DNA of 61,613 nt, the filler included, from Hausera hauseri (taxonomy: Eukaryota), in NCBI GenBank assembly GCA_046269625.1. It is 12 parts of 12 records of this genome, joined end to end, with 100 filler letters (N's around TTAATTAATTAA, not from the genome) between each part and the next. Parts side by side here need not be neighbours in the genome. Positions count along the whole stretch, not along the records: positions 16,551 to 25,586 come from JBJURY010431029.1; positions 25,687 to 30,004 come from JBJURY010638219.1; positions 30,105 to 34,168 come from JBJURY010785090.1; 9 more parts are not named here. One strand, given 5' to 3'. A model generated the notes under the pieces. The model was not told where the DNA came from and made no database searches. It saw only the letters and a list, made by a program, of their open reading frames with translations. This document shows positions 22,846 through 34,268 of the stretch, in pieces. Position 1 is the first letter of the stretch. Each line of letters starts with the position of its first letter. The translations under genes and the position numbers were made by a program.

Positions 22846-24872
22846 GGAAGGTCTACATAGGCGTCTTCATAGGATTCTTCGTCCGGAGCTCCCTTCCATC
22901 TTCTCTTTTCTTCGTGGGAATATTCTTCCTCCGACTCTTCCTCGGAGGTGTGAGCCTGTATGCTTCGAATATTGGTCCTCTCGTGACCTTTGAATTTACT
23001 AAATTTGTTAATTGCCCCTGGTTGGGTTTTGTACCTTGTTGATTGGCCTGAGTTTCTGAGTTCTTTGGCCTTTTTGATTCGGTCCCAAAAATCTTGAGGA
23101 ACATCTCTGGGATCTGCATGTGGCATGTTTCTGCCTGGTTCCCTAAACGGATCCCACTTTACGTCTTCGCATTCCTCACGAGTGCCTCTCTTGTGCATTG
23201 CTTTGCAACTCCGACAGTAGGGCTTCCACTTACACTGCCGGGTCAGGTGTCCGATTGATTCGCATCGGAAGCATATTAATAGTTGGTCACGGTCATCTTC
23301 TCGATCCTCTTCTTTCTTTCCTTTTCCTCGTTTTGGGTAGTTCCTCTGTTGAGACCTGTTGCCAGTCTCTTTTCTCCCCCTCTTTTCCTTTCTTTTCCAC
23401 TCCTCTTTAGTAGCACCTTTGTTTTCCTCGTTGGCTTTAGCGTACCAGATGTCTGCCTTGTCCTCCTTGCCTTCTCTTCCCCCAGATTTTTTCATATGTG
23501 GCATGTTGATGGCAGCGTCAGTTACTGTAATGAATTTCCTCGTCTGGGAAGCGAGATCATCCAGATGAGTCACACTTCCTTTGATTTTCTGCTTTAAGGA
23601 AGTTTCCTGCGCTGGTAGTTTGGCGTACATGAAACTCGTGATGACGTGGTTGAGAGTGACCTCATTCATTTCGACTCGGGGGTCGTCCAATTTCGCCAGT
23701 CTATACCATTCTATTACCAAGTCCTGTAGCTCGGCCATTGTTAATCCTACTGATTCCTGAGGTTGCCATCTGTACTCTACTAATTCACTCCATACATCGT
23801 AGGCGTGCAGTGTCTTCTCTGAGACAATGAATGATCTTAGGGAGAGCAAATACTCTTCTGCAGTCCTTGCTTTCTCTAAGAGGTGGGGTTTGGAGATAAT
23901 TCTTCTTATTTCCCCCTTTTCAGGGTGGATTTGCTTCTTAATCTGCTGGATTTTATCCGCTTCTGTGTGGAAATTGGTGCTTAATAAGTTTCCGCGTACG
24001 TTTGCCTCCCAATCGTCATATTTCGGCCCTTCCCACTTACCATCGCTGCCTCTCCCTATCAAGATGAGAGATATTGTCGACGTTTCTTCGGTGCGCGTTA
24101 TATACACGGGCGTCGCGTTCAACGGCATGGGCCCGCTCGTGTAGTGCCCAGTATTTGTCGCTTGCGCTGCATGCTGTGCGAAGTTGGTGTTTTGTGACCT
24201 ATAGTGGGAGTTAGAATATGTAAGAGGTGGAGTTCGAGTGATATGAGGTGGATTTGATAATTGAGATTGTTGAGGATTATTAGGAAAGTTAGAGTTCTGA
24301 GGTGGAAACCGTGTATTCTGTGTGTGTGGGAAGTGGGGGGATGGGTCGGTTGTGTTTCCATATGCTTCCCTGTTAATAGGAAAAGGAGTGTTGAGTTGAT
24401 GGTATTGAGTGTCCTGAAAGAGGTGTCTGTGTTGAGGAAATTGATCAGAATGGAGTCGATTTTTATGCTGGGTTTGCTTTTTAGGATTTAATTTATCCCT
24501 CTTACTCCCCTTTTTGTGCCTCCTTTTGGATAATTTTTCCAATCGCTTTAGAGTTCTCTCATACTCACTCTCAATTTCAGTTCCAGACATACAATCGTCT
24601 TCAGAATCACTCTCCTCATCATACCTATCACTCCTCTTTCCCTTATTGTCATTCACCATTGTCAACCCTTGTTTATTGCCCTCAGTTCTTTCCCCCACAT
24701 TACCCCCCCCATAGGCTCCTATCTTATCCGACTCTGAACTTGGGGATTCCCCTTCTTCAGTTGGCTTGCTTTGTACATAGGTACCAGGTAATGTCTTTTC
24801 TGGAGATGAGGGTCTAGCCTCTAACCCATTGTTGGCTGTATCTTCCATGTTTTTTCTGTTAATGTTTTCCAT
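22833..24872 (-). CDS. gag: Gag polyprotein
   Basis: 679-aa ORF; CFRCESIGHLTRQC knuckle followed by CRSCKAMH...C; lies between PBS and pol. Confidence 0.88.
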   Translation of the reverse strand: MENINRKNMEDTANNGLEARPSSPEKTLPGTYVQSKPTEEGESPSSESDKIGAYGGGNVGERTEGNKQGLTMVNDNKGKRSDRYDEESDSEDDCMSGTEIESEYERTLKRLEKLSKRRHKKGSKRDKLNPKKQTQHKNRLHSDQFPQHRHLFQDTQYHQLNTPFPINREAYGNTTDPSPHFPHTQNTRFPPQNSNFPNNPQQSQLSNPPHITRTPPLTYSNSHYRSQNTNFAQHAAQATNTGHYTSGPMPLNATPVYITRTEETSTISLILIGRGSDGKWEGPKYDDWEANVRGNLLSTNFHTEADKIQQIKKQIHPEKGEIRRIISKPHLLEKARTAEEYLLSLRSFIVSEKTLHAYDVWSELVEYRWQPQESVGLTMAELQDLVIEWYRLAKLDDPRVEMNEVTLNHVITSFMYAKLPAQETSLKQKIKGSVTHLDDLASQTRKFITVTDAAINMPHMKKSGGREGKEDKADIWYAKANEENKGATKEEWKRKEKRGRKETGNRSQQRNYPKRGKGKKEEDREDDRDQLLICFRCESIGHLTRQCKWKPYCRSCKAMHKRGTREECEDVKWDPFREPGRNMPHADPRDVPQDFWDRIKKAKELRNSGQSTRYKTQPGAINKFSKFKGHERTNIRSIQAHTSEEESEEEYSHEEKRRWKGAPDEESYEDAYVDLPDFQ
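22839..22845 (-). promoter_or_regulatory. -1 ribosomal frameshift slippery site G GAU UUU
   Basis: Minus strand reads CCG GAT TTT CAG TAA at the gag end; a -1 slip enters the pol frame (SVSSRAPERL...). Confidence 0.75.
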
Positions 24873-24974
24873 TTTATAATAATAAGTAAAAATTTTCTTT
24901 TACCTTTCGTTTTTAGAAGACACTGTTTCTTCCGCTAGTGGAGGTTTTTTCTTTCTTCACGACGTCTTCAGAAA

Positions 24975-24994
24975 TCCTGGCTTCAAGGTCGCCA
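24975..24994 (-). promoter_or_regulatory. Primer binding site, probably tRNA-Arg
   Basis: Minus strand ...ACATCA AT TGGCGACCTTGAAGCCAGGA; TGGCGACC is the tRNA-Arg type PBS of 412/mdg1-like elements. Confidence 0.7.
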
Positions 24995-25296
24995 ATTGAT
25001 GTAAATATTTTCCTTCGGGTTGTTAAGAAAAACTCTTCCGATTGATTGCTTTATTGAAAGCCTTAAATTATTTATCAGGTTTTAAGAATCCGTCCACATA
25101 GAAAAACCTATTCATAAAATGAAAACTCATTAATATATCATACATAAAATAAAGATTTATCACATACAAATTCGGACATAACTGTGTCCATGGATATCCT
25201 TAAGAATATACATCCACACAGCCATGAACCAATTCCTATGGAGTTGTACACCTTAATCCCCTTTTATAGGATTTGCACTAATTACAATTAAATCTA

Positions 25297-25586
25297 CTAA
25301 TAACAAGAATAATGGAAATTACCACTACAATAATAATAATAATAAGAACAATAATCATGATATTGATAATAACAATAGAAAATAATAATTACAACAATAA
25401 TAATAATTATTATAATAATGATCTTGATAATAATAGTAATGATGATAATGATAATAACAATAGAAAATAATAAGAACAATAATAGTAATAATAATAGAAA
25501 GTAATAATGAAAATAGAAAATAATAATGATAGTAATGACCTTGATAATAATGATAATAATAATGATGATAATGATAATAACAATAG
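25297..25586. repeat. Degenerate (AAT)n microsatellite
   Basis: AAT/GAT/AAC triplet run up to the contig end. Confidence 0.9.
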
Positions 25587-25686
25587 NNNNNNNNNNNNNN
25601 NNNNNNNNNNNNNNNNNNNNNNNNNNNNNNTTAATTAATTAANNNNNNNNNNNNNNNNNNNNNNNNNNNNNNNNNNNNNNNNNNNN

Positions 25687-28680
25687 TGTATGCTTAGAAA
25701 TTCTTTGTTACATTCGTTTTGTCATTGGTATAGCAATATTGAATCGCTGATAGAAAACATGTAGTTTGGTATGATGCGCAGGCTCGCTCGTTGTCTGCCA
25801 AAATTTTAAGGAGTACTTTTCTTTGGTTCTTCATATTGAATTTAGCTAAGCGTGTTCTTTTGACGTTCTCTTCCTCCACGAAGATATCAAGTTCTGCATA
25901 CACTGTCCGCCGAATGTTAGCGTTCAAACATGTATAGGTATTATTGATGTTGAGGTGAGACGGTAGAGAATATTTGTGCCATACTTAGCCGTTAGGTAGC
26001 ATTTTTTGCTCAGTTATGGTGCGCAGCCATTCTTCATATGAGATGGTGCAGTGTTGGTGAAGTCTAACAAGTTGCGCAACACAGGACCGCACCATTGGTA
26101 GCCAATTTGTAAGACTGGAATTTGCGGATTTATCAAAATTGAAGCCCTGGTTAAAGCTAATGTAATAAAACTGGTAAAAGGTGGCAACAAGAACTCCAGT
26201 TTGCTGATTAGTGTAATAGATAGGAAAACATTCTAGCATTGGAATATTAGTGTTAATGATAGTCGTAATGTAATGCAATAGAGTTTCGTCATTCTCGAAA
26301 AATTCTGGTGCCTGCTTTGGCATTGCTACTTAAAATTGATCGGCATTCTCACTAGATACACCGTGTAATGTGTTGGGCTCTCCCCAGTGCAAAAAGTTAG
26401 TAGAGTAGCTCCTGTGGTCTTCAAGATACCAATGGAAACTAATGAACATCATACCGACATGGCAGCAAGGCAGTCTTATGTCGTCAAGAACGTCATTGTT
26501 GCAGTTCAAACAACCAGGTCATATCTCATAAACAAGTCACCGGGCTTTAAGAGCTTCCCGAAATGTAAACTAATGTGCATTTCCTTTTGCATACCAGTAG
26601 ATCGTAAAATGTATGTATCAGAAAATAAATGATCTTTTGACACATGACAATCACCCAATTTGGGTCTTTGCGGTGGGCAGAGTGTAACGTTATGGACGAG
26701 AAATTCAGTTAACTTACGAGATGATGCATCGGCAGAAAAATGGTTGTTGATATAGACGGTTGCATCAATGTTTCAAATTTTTTCCCCTAACAGATCAATC
26801 AAATGGTTTTGATGGTTGATTTGCAACACAAGAAACAATAGATCCAAAATGCCTATTTGTTATGTACAAGTCTTCGTTAAACAAACTAGATCATTTTTAT
26901 GACCTAGCGAATTTTGACAGACTACGTACATTTGTGATTGTACATATTGTTGTTGTTGTCTGGTGACTTCAATTTTTTTGACTTTGCGTATTGTAATGAC
27001 CAATGGTTTTGTAGAAACTGCGTTAACTTTACGGCACTGGATTTGTTTTAAAAAATGTTAATTGCAACATTAAGTATTTTATTAATTGTATGATCTCTGT
27101 GTGCCTGATTGTGGTGCTTGCCGCGGCTGGTGCCCTTTGGCCCATTCGGTTGGGCACGGCCGGACGTCCGCTGTCGCCGTGTCAGACCCATAGTCGGGTC
27201 CGATCTTCCAAATATTTTCCTTAAGAATTTAATGTTTTGCATTTTTCAGGATGAAAATTCATTTATTTCTCTTTTTATTATGTTCATTTACGTCGCTGGA
27301 AACGAGATAAAAGTTTATAAAATTCTAGACAGTGAAACAGTATCCCATTGCGTTAAACGGCTAAATTCAACTTCATCAGTTGGTTGCTCATCAAAATACT
27401 ATGGAAACAATAGAGCTGTTCAAATTATTTACAACCTATAATATCTCTAGCAATTTTAGCGTTAACTTCTTTGATAGCAACCTGAGTCCAATGTCGAAAA
27501 GCAGAGGTGGTCTTTTGCGAACAGCATTTTATCGGACTCTCAAGAAATCATTGAACGTCGAGTCGCTGCGAAACCAAAACCTTCAACGGCAATCGTGGCC
27601 AGATGTTGACGAGGAAAATGTCGAATCAATGGATGATAATAAGTTGTCGTCGTGTAAAGTCCTGTTATGACTGATAGGAATTGCAGTGATTTTGAATACA
27701 GTACGTATAAGGGCAACAGCATTCCGCGGCTATTACCCATTCAGTCACGTGTTAAACAGAATCCGAATTCTAAACCGTATAATTTCGGACCAATATCCAA
27801 CGAGCCCCCTTATCACAAAGATGCCATCTCAATGGGATTCTATTCAAAAAGTCGAGCTTTAACTCCTCCCATTTCGTTTCGTTCTCAGAAGAACAACATC
27901 TTTCGCTTTCCAAATTCATATGGTGATAACAGTAAAAATAATGCCCATCATTCGATGAATCAGCGGCGATGTACAGTCGAGATCCATAGAATGCGATAAC
28001 CATGCTGTTGAAAATGTTACATGATGACTAATTATGCATGTGTTAGTGTTTCAATTTATTCTTCCGATGAACAAGTATCAAAATTGATTTTTAACGAACT
28101 TTGTCTCAGTTTTTCTACGCATTCTGATGATGGTATTTTTACAGTTGAACAGAACGAATCCTACTTAGTGACATGTGTCGGAATTGCTGACCTTTGCTTC
28201 TCTGTGTGTCGGTTGTGGTGTGTTGAAGTGTACAAAATATTTGGTTTTAATAATCCATGGGTTTTGACCTTTTTTCCTATTCAAATAAAAAATATTTTCG
28301 CCATTTTCTTTGAAGAATTTGAGTTATAATTTCCAATTTGTGCAATATCAAATTTAATTTTACAGCTTTGGGAAAGTTTGCTTTTTGTTGATTATTATTT
28401 AAGGAGCTATGATATTAAATCTCATGTCTATTTGTGCAACTAAAGGAACTTCAAATTATTCGTGTATCTGTTTAGTTCAATTTGAGTCAATATTCTTGGT
28501 TACCGAATTTAAAATCAAAAGAAAATTTCTACCTGCGACAAATTTAATCGAGAATATATTAGGCACATCCGATTTATTCCTTGTCAGAAAACGGACCAAA
28601 CAAAGTCCTGATTTGGTTCATTTTATATATGCTAACCACAATAATTAGTATGGTCAGAAATGTGTGCATCTCTTCGTTGA
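25687..28680 (-). pseudogene. Long decayed ORF downstream of pol with a signal-like start; interrupted by a ~1 kb insert
   Basis: MHTFLTILIIVVSI near 28670; same-strand ORF pieces at 25985-26323 and 25694-25927; no family recognised. Confidence 0.35.
27251..27441 (+). pseudogene. NCSTN: Nicastrin N-terminal gene fragment
   Basis: Signal MKIHLFLFLLCSFTSLETR, a frameshift, then KVYKILDSETVSHCVKRLNSTSSVGCSSKYYGNNRAVQII, which resembles nicastrin [38 protein letters not shown]. Confidence 0.7.
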
Positions 28681-28989
28681 CCTCTGCATTGTTTACTTCG
28701 TCTATAATGGTCTGAATTAGGTCAATCATTTTGTAATATTCGTACAGGATATCTTCAACGAACGAATCTTTGTAGTTACTTTGCTTTGTATTTCGTTGTT
28801 TATCTTTGTTTAGTGTTTGATTAATCATGCTTATTATCTGATCTGTATCCTTGGTGTGCTTTCTTCGTGCTGCTTTTTGTACATACGGATGAATTTTCTG
28901 CGAATAATATTCTTTTAAGTCCTGTATGTCATCGTAATCGGGATTAACATAGTCATTATAGCTTTGATCAATGTCATTTTCTTAAAGTC

Positions 28990-30004
28990 TTTATAAGAAA
29001 TCTGCATTCGCGTTTGCTTTTCCTTATTAATATTTTATTAAGATTTCTAAGTCTTGAATTTCCGCAGCCAATTTCATTAATTTTCGGCTAATATCTCGTT
29101 GATTTATTAACCATTGTAGTGGTTTTTGATCAGTGTATAGGATTATTTCTCGTCCGGTTATGTAATATCTAAAATATCGTAATGCATATATTATTGCATA
29201 GCATTCACGCTCGATTATTGTCCATCTATGTTGAGTTTCGCTTAACGTTTTACTGAAGTATGCTATTATTCCTTCACGTGGTCTGTCGGGAACGCATTGT
29301 CCCAAAACTGCTGCTATAGCATAACCGCTATCATCTGTCATTATTATATAGGGGTATTTAGGACCAGGAAATTGTAGTATTGGTGGCGAAGTTAAGACTT
29401 TCTTTAGGACTTCGAATGCTTGTTAATTTGATTCTTCCCAATTTCATGTTGTTCATTTCCTGATTAGAGCTACTAGTGGCTTGACTATACTTGCAAAATT
29501 ATACACAAATTTACGGTAGTAATTAGCCATTCCTAATAGCCTTTGTAACTCCTTAAAACATTTGGGTGGTTTTAATTTTTTAAGTCTTTCTACATTTCTG
29601 GAATCAGGTTGAGTTCCTTTACTCGACACTATATGTCCGAGGGAGGAGTCGGTATTTTTAGCAAATTCACATTTTTTAACTTAGTTTTTAAATGAGCTTG
29701 TTTTAATCTATTAAATACTTAAGAAATATCTTTTAAGTGTTGTTCGAAGTTTACAGAAAATATTATTACATCATCTATATGCACCATACAACATGTTACT
29801 TCTTGCAATACAAAATTCATGCATCTTTGAAATTCCGCTGGTTTTCCTGTCAAACCAAAGAACATAACGTTAAATTCCCATAGTCCAGTTCCGTAGAGAA
29901 GACTGTATTCTGTTTATCTTCCTCTGCAACTTCAACTTGCCAAAATTCACATTGTAAATCCAAGGTGGTAAATATTGCGGAATTTCTTAAGACTGTGAGC
30001 ATTT
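28990..30004 (-). pseudogene. pol: Ty3/Gypsy RT-RNase H fragment; integrase largely missing
   Basis: TLDLQCEFWQVEV, MVHIDDVII, TDDSGYAIAAVL..IERECYAII..YTDQKPL, ANANADFL. Confidence 0.85.
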
Positions 30005-30199
30005 NNNNNNNNNNNNNNNNNNNNNNNNNNNNNNNNNNNNNNNNNNNNTTAATTAATTAANNNNNNNNNNNNNNNNNNNNNNNNNNNNNNNNNNNNNNNN
30101 NNNNCTACCACCATCACCTTGATTTTCAACAATCTCTTTCATTGCGTCAATAGCATGTTTTTTATAACGGGTACTGTACTTAACATATTTTCCTTTATT

Positions 30200-30716
30200 A
30201 CTTCTTTTATGGGTTTCATGTTAAATATTGCATCGTTTATAGTTGTTTGCTTTTTACGTTTACCTCCACCATGACTATTGATGCTTTAACTAGGACTGTT
30301 TATAGCTTATAATTATGGACCTGCACCACCAACTTATTTCAATCGTTTTCGTCCTTTACGATTAATACGTCTTCTACGTTTTCTACCACACCTCCACCTT
30401 GACTTTGAAGCGGATCAATAATTGTCTCTTTAATTGTATTATCAGCATTTTTCTTTATATCGGGCACATTATTTAGTATATTTTGCTTAGTTGCTTCTCT
30501 AATAGGCTACTTATTCCATAAAGCATCACGTGTTGTTTTCAAAGCAGCTGAACCAAATGTTTTTGCCAAAGGAACACCAAATATTCTTCCAAATGGTAAA
30601 TCAAATCTACCTAACGTCTGTTTCCAATTAACACCATATTGTCGTACTACAAAATATGGTAAATCACCACCATATTGTGGTCTGTTATACAATCGAATTA
30701 TTTCACGTTGAGTCAT
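30200..30716 (-). pseudogene. Maverick basic Gly-rich core-like protein
   Basis: QYGGDLPYF..RQYG..LGRF.LP..PLAKTFGSAAL; later QGGG/HGGG motifs and Arg/Lys tracts. Confidence 0.6.
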
Positions 30717-30719
30717 TTT

Positions 30720-31398
30720 CTTTGAAAATGTAAAATTAATACTGATTTTACACAAAATCCGAAATCTATTATATTTCCGTTGTCAGAAAGTATATTTACT
30801 TAATATTGTTTATACTTGATGATGATACTGGCATATACATGGGAATCTTCGGTGTAACGTTTACAACATTACCAGGTCTATACTTTCCTTATTCTAACCA
30901 AATAGTCTTCAATAATGGAGCATATCTGTCCCCAACAAGTATTGGTTTAATATTACTCATGTAAATGTACACATGACTTAGTGTACCTCTAGGTCTTAAA
31001 ATATTCAATGCTTTAAATTCATTTTTTGCGTCATTTACAAACGTTGTTTTCTCAAATCCCAGTTCTCTGGCCAATACCGGATGCATTTCTATGCTTTTAA
31101 TATGATCATGTAATTTAAAAATTACTTTATTTTCCGAAAGGGACATTTCCTTGAATATATCGACAAATGCAGTCAATAAATGTTGAAGCATTTGGTCACT
31201 TGCTTTAATAATAACGTTTTCTTGTAAATATACTGTATTAGTATTTTGGTCAATATCTTTGACAACCTTAACGGTAATAAATTCTACTGGAAGATTTTTT
31301 GCCTTTGATCTTGATGCTAACAAGTAATGTCCATTAATTGTTATGGAATCAAAACCTAATTGTTTAGCATATTCAAGAGTAGGAAAAGCAATTTCCAT
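30720..31398 (-). pseudogene. Maverick minor capsid (penton-like) protein, C-terminal part
   Basis: HVYIYMSNIKPILVGDRYAPLLK...PMYMPVSSSSINNIEVNILSDNG. Confidence 0.75.
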
Positions 31399-31401
31399 AT
31401 A

Positions 31402-33337
31402 CAGTAGATACCGCTTAAAGAGAATATTTTTGGGACTTGAAAAAATGTTCTCTATAACCGATATTTCTCTTTAACAGATACTTTTTTATAAGGATAATTT
31501 TTAAAAAATATCAAAAAAAACTTTACTAATCAACACATTTATTTTTTAAAAATAAACTCAGTTATTTTTCGCTGCTTGGTTTTTTTCTTGAGTAAAATCT
31601 TCTCCAAATCTGATTCAATTGCTATTAAACTTTCTTGTAAATGGTCAGTTTTATCCTGATTTGAATAAAAAAGAACTACTTGTTGCATGCACTCAAATGC
31701 TTTATGAATGTTGGGAAGCTTAACACATTGATTGTTATCTGACGTATCAGATAGTGACAAATTTAATTCTACTTCCTGTTCATTGACATTTTCTGTTACT
31801 AAATTTTCTTCAGCATTAACAAAATCAGTAAACGAGTGTTGCTTTTCAAAATATTCCTCTATATCAGATGAAAAATTTTCATTTATTGCCATTTCTTCAA
31901 CCACTTCGCCGAAACCAGCATGCCTAAAACAATTTTTTATGGTATTACAGCTAACTTTTGACCAAGCCATTTTAACCATGCTAATTGCATCAAGAATACT
32001 TACTTTAAATTTTTCTTCTGGATAGGAATCATAAAAATGAATCATTTTTGTAACAATTCCTTTTTTATAATACTGCTTAAAAGCATTGATAACCCCGGCA
32101 TCTAAAGGCTGTAACTTACTTGTAGTATTTGGAGGCATAAAAATCAACTCAATATTTGTTAAAGATTGACCTAACGGAGGATGGGAAGAACAATTGTCTA
32201 CTAATAAAATAATATTTCTTCCAATTTTTCTTAATTTAGAATCCCATGACATAATCCAATTTGAAAAAATTGTTGATGTCATCCATGCATTCTGATTGTT
32301 TTTATAATTTAGGGAAGTAATATCAACATTTTTAAAACATCGGGGATTTTTTGATTTTCCAATTATTAATGGAGGCAATTTTTCACCTTCCATACTTGCA
32401 CAAAATAACAAAGTTATCCTATCCTTGGATAACTGGCCTCCAACGCACCTTTCTCCTTTAACCTTAATTGTTTTATTTGGCAAAAGCCTATAAAATAATC
32501 CCGTTTCATCTGCATTAAAAATATCTTTGTTACCATAACCTTTCCTAATTTCCGGCCATTCATTTTTAAGCCACGACGCCACCAATTCATTATTTACATC
32601 ACCAGCTTCTCCAGAAATCGATCCGAAAACAAGAGAATGGCGAGTTTTAAAACGTTGGATCCAACTCATTGTACAAGTAAAATCTTGAATCTTTAGGTAT
32701 TTGGCAATTTGATCAGCTTTTTCAATAAGTAATACACTGTTAATGGGTATCTTTTTAGATCGTTGCAGCAAATACCAATCCCTTAACTGAATATCTAAAT
32801 CATCATAAAAAGATTGTTTCAGTTTCTTGGTTGATGAAGGCCTGGAACTGTAGGCCTCAAGTATTTTTTCCCTTTTCTTGTGACAAATGTTTGATATTGA
32901 TGAAGGAGATATTTTATATTTTCTGGCCAATGATGCTTGATTTTCTCCTTGCTCAAAAAGTGCTATGATTTCAAATTTCTGTTTGAGTGTTAGAATTGTC
33001 CTGGAACCTGATTTCATTATGGCCTAAAATTTTTAGGTAAAATAATATTTTCAATTAATCAAATAACCTTTAATCAGGTTACTTTTTAATCAATTACCTT
33101 TTTAAAACAAAAATAATTAAATTATATGTTTACTGCCTAAAATAAACTGTATTTTGAAAAAAATAAAACCAAAATAAAAAATGTTTATTTTAATAAAACA
33201 TGTTCTCATTAACCGATAATCGGTTAATGAGAACTTTTACACTGAAAATTTGGGGAAAATGCCATTTTTGAACCAAAAAGTTCTCTTTACCCGATTTTGT
33301 TCTCTTTAAGCAAGTTCTCTATAAGCGAAATCTACTG
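31402..33337 (-). mobile_element. pogo/Tigger DNA transposon, full length (1936 bp)
   Basis: TIRs CAGTAGATACCGCTTAAAGAGAA and CAGTAGATTTCGCTTATAGAGAA (20/23 match); flanking TA at 31400-31401 and 33338-33339. Confidence 0.93.
31539..33017 (-). CDS. pogo/Tigger (CENP-B-like) DDD transposase
   Basis: Intact 492 aa; N-terminal HTHs, IFNADETGLFY, LLVDNCSSH, PPNTTSKLQPLDAGVI, KQRKITEF tail. Confidence 0.96.
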   Translation of the reverse strand: MKSGSRTILTLKQKFEIIALFEQGENQASLARKYKISPSSISNICHKKREKILEAYSSRPSSTKKLKQSFYDDLDIQLRDWYLLQRSKKIPINSVLLIEKADQIAKYLKIQDFTCTMSWIQRFKTRHSLVFGSISGEAGDVNNELVASWLKNEWPEIRKGYGNKDIFNADETGLFYRLLPNKTIKVKGERCVGGQLSKDRITLLFCASMEGEKLPPLIIGKSKNPRCFKNVDITSLNYKNNQNAWMTSTIFSNWIMSWDSKLRKIGRNIILLVDNCSSHPPLGQSLTNIELIFMPPNTTSKLQPLDAGVINAFKQYYKKGIVTKMIHFYDSYPEEKFKVSILDAISMVKMAWSKVSCNTIKNCFRHAGFGEVVEEMAINENFSSDIEEYFEKQHSFTDFVNAEENLVTENVNEQEVELNLSLSDTSDNNQCVKLPNIHKAFECMQQVVLFYSNQDKTDHLQESLIAIESDLEKILLKKKTKQRKITEFIFKK

Positions 33338-34268
33338 TATTATATTTGATATTGATTTATTTTCATTACGAAAATATGTTCCATCAGTGATGCAACTCAT
33401 TACGCAACAACCCATCCAACAGTCTATGACACAACTGGTGCGACTTGTTGTTTGGTATTTGGGATTTTGTTTGGTGTTTCTGTAATTGTTGTATTTATGC
33501 TCTTGTTCATTATTTATCGACAACGGATTATTCGCAGAACTCAACGACTACCATTGGAGGAAGACGTAAATTATTAACTATCAATATCGAGCATCGATCT
33601 AACTTATTCGTTAATTAATTTTATTGTTGTCTTATCACAACCCATTTTTTGTTTCATTTTGATCAAACTGCTCATTAAATATGAGAGGGAAATTCATATT
33701 TTAATATAAAAATTTTTCTCAAACTTTTCAGAACGGTCATTTCAGATATTGGAAATGAATTATCTATTTTAACGTAATGAACAAATGGCCATATTTATTA
33801 CATTCTTCCCACACCCATAAATTTTGTATTTTATTGTATTTAAACCAATAAAGCACGGTCCAAACTAATTCCGGTCAGAGAAAAATGGTGCTGCAATATT
33901 TTAGCATCAAGTTCCAAAGCTAATTTCGAACTTTGTGTATTCCCCGAAAATAATTTCCATATATTTACCATGGAAATTATGTCAGAACTTTGGAGAGACC
34001 ATTTCATCATCCTGACTCTACGGACTTTCAAACAATCATGTAATAAAAAATTAAATCACTAACAAAGTAACGAATATTACTGTAAATGTGAGTCATTTTT
34101 ATAACAAATAATCAGAGAGACATGCAAAATATAATGATGATTAATAATATGAGAAAATTGTTGAACATNNNNNNNNNNNNNNNNNNNNNNNNNNNNNNNN
34201 NNNNNNNNNNNNTTAATTAATTAANNNNNNNNNNNNNNNNNNNNNNNNNNNNNNNNNNNNNNNNNNNN

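Larger units (their letters stand above)
16551..25296 (-). mobile_element. Ty3/Gypsy LTR retrotransposon with intact gag and pol; only the 5' LTR end is seen
   Basis: Putative LTR end ...CA at 24997, then PBS, a 679-aa gag and a pol ORF in the -1 frame. Confidence 0.9.

Noticed and set aside
17795-24714. Many short plus-strand ORFs overlapping gag/pol
   Set aside because: Antisense shadows of the long coding regions, with no recognisable domains.
25297-25479. Poly-Ile ORF
   Set aside because: Translation of the (AAT)n microsatellite.
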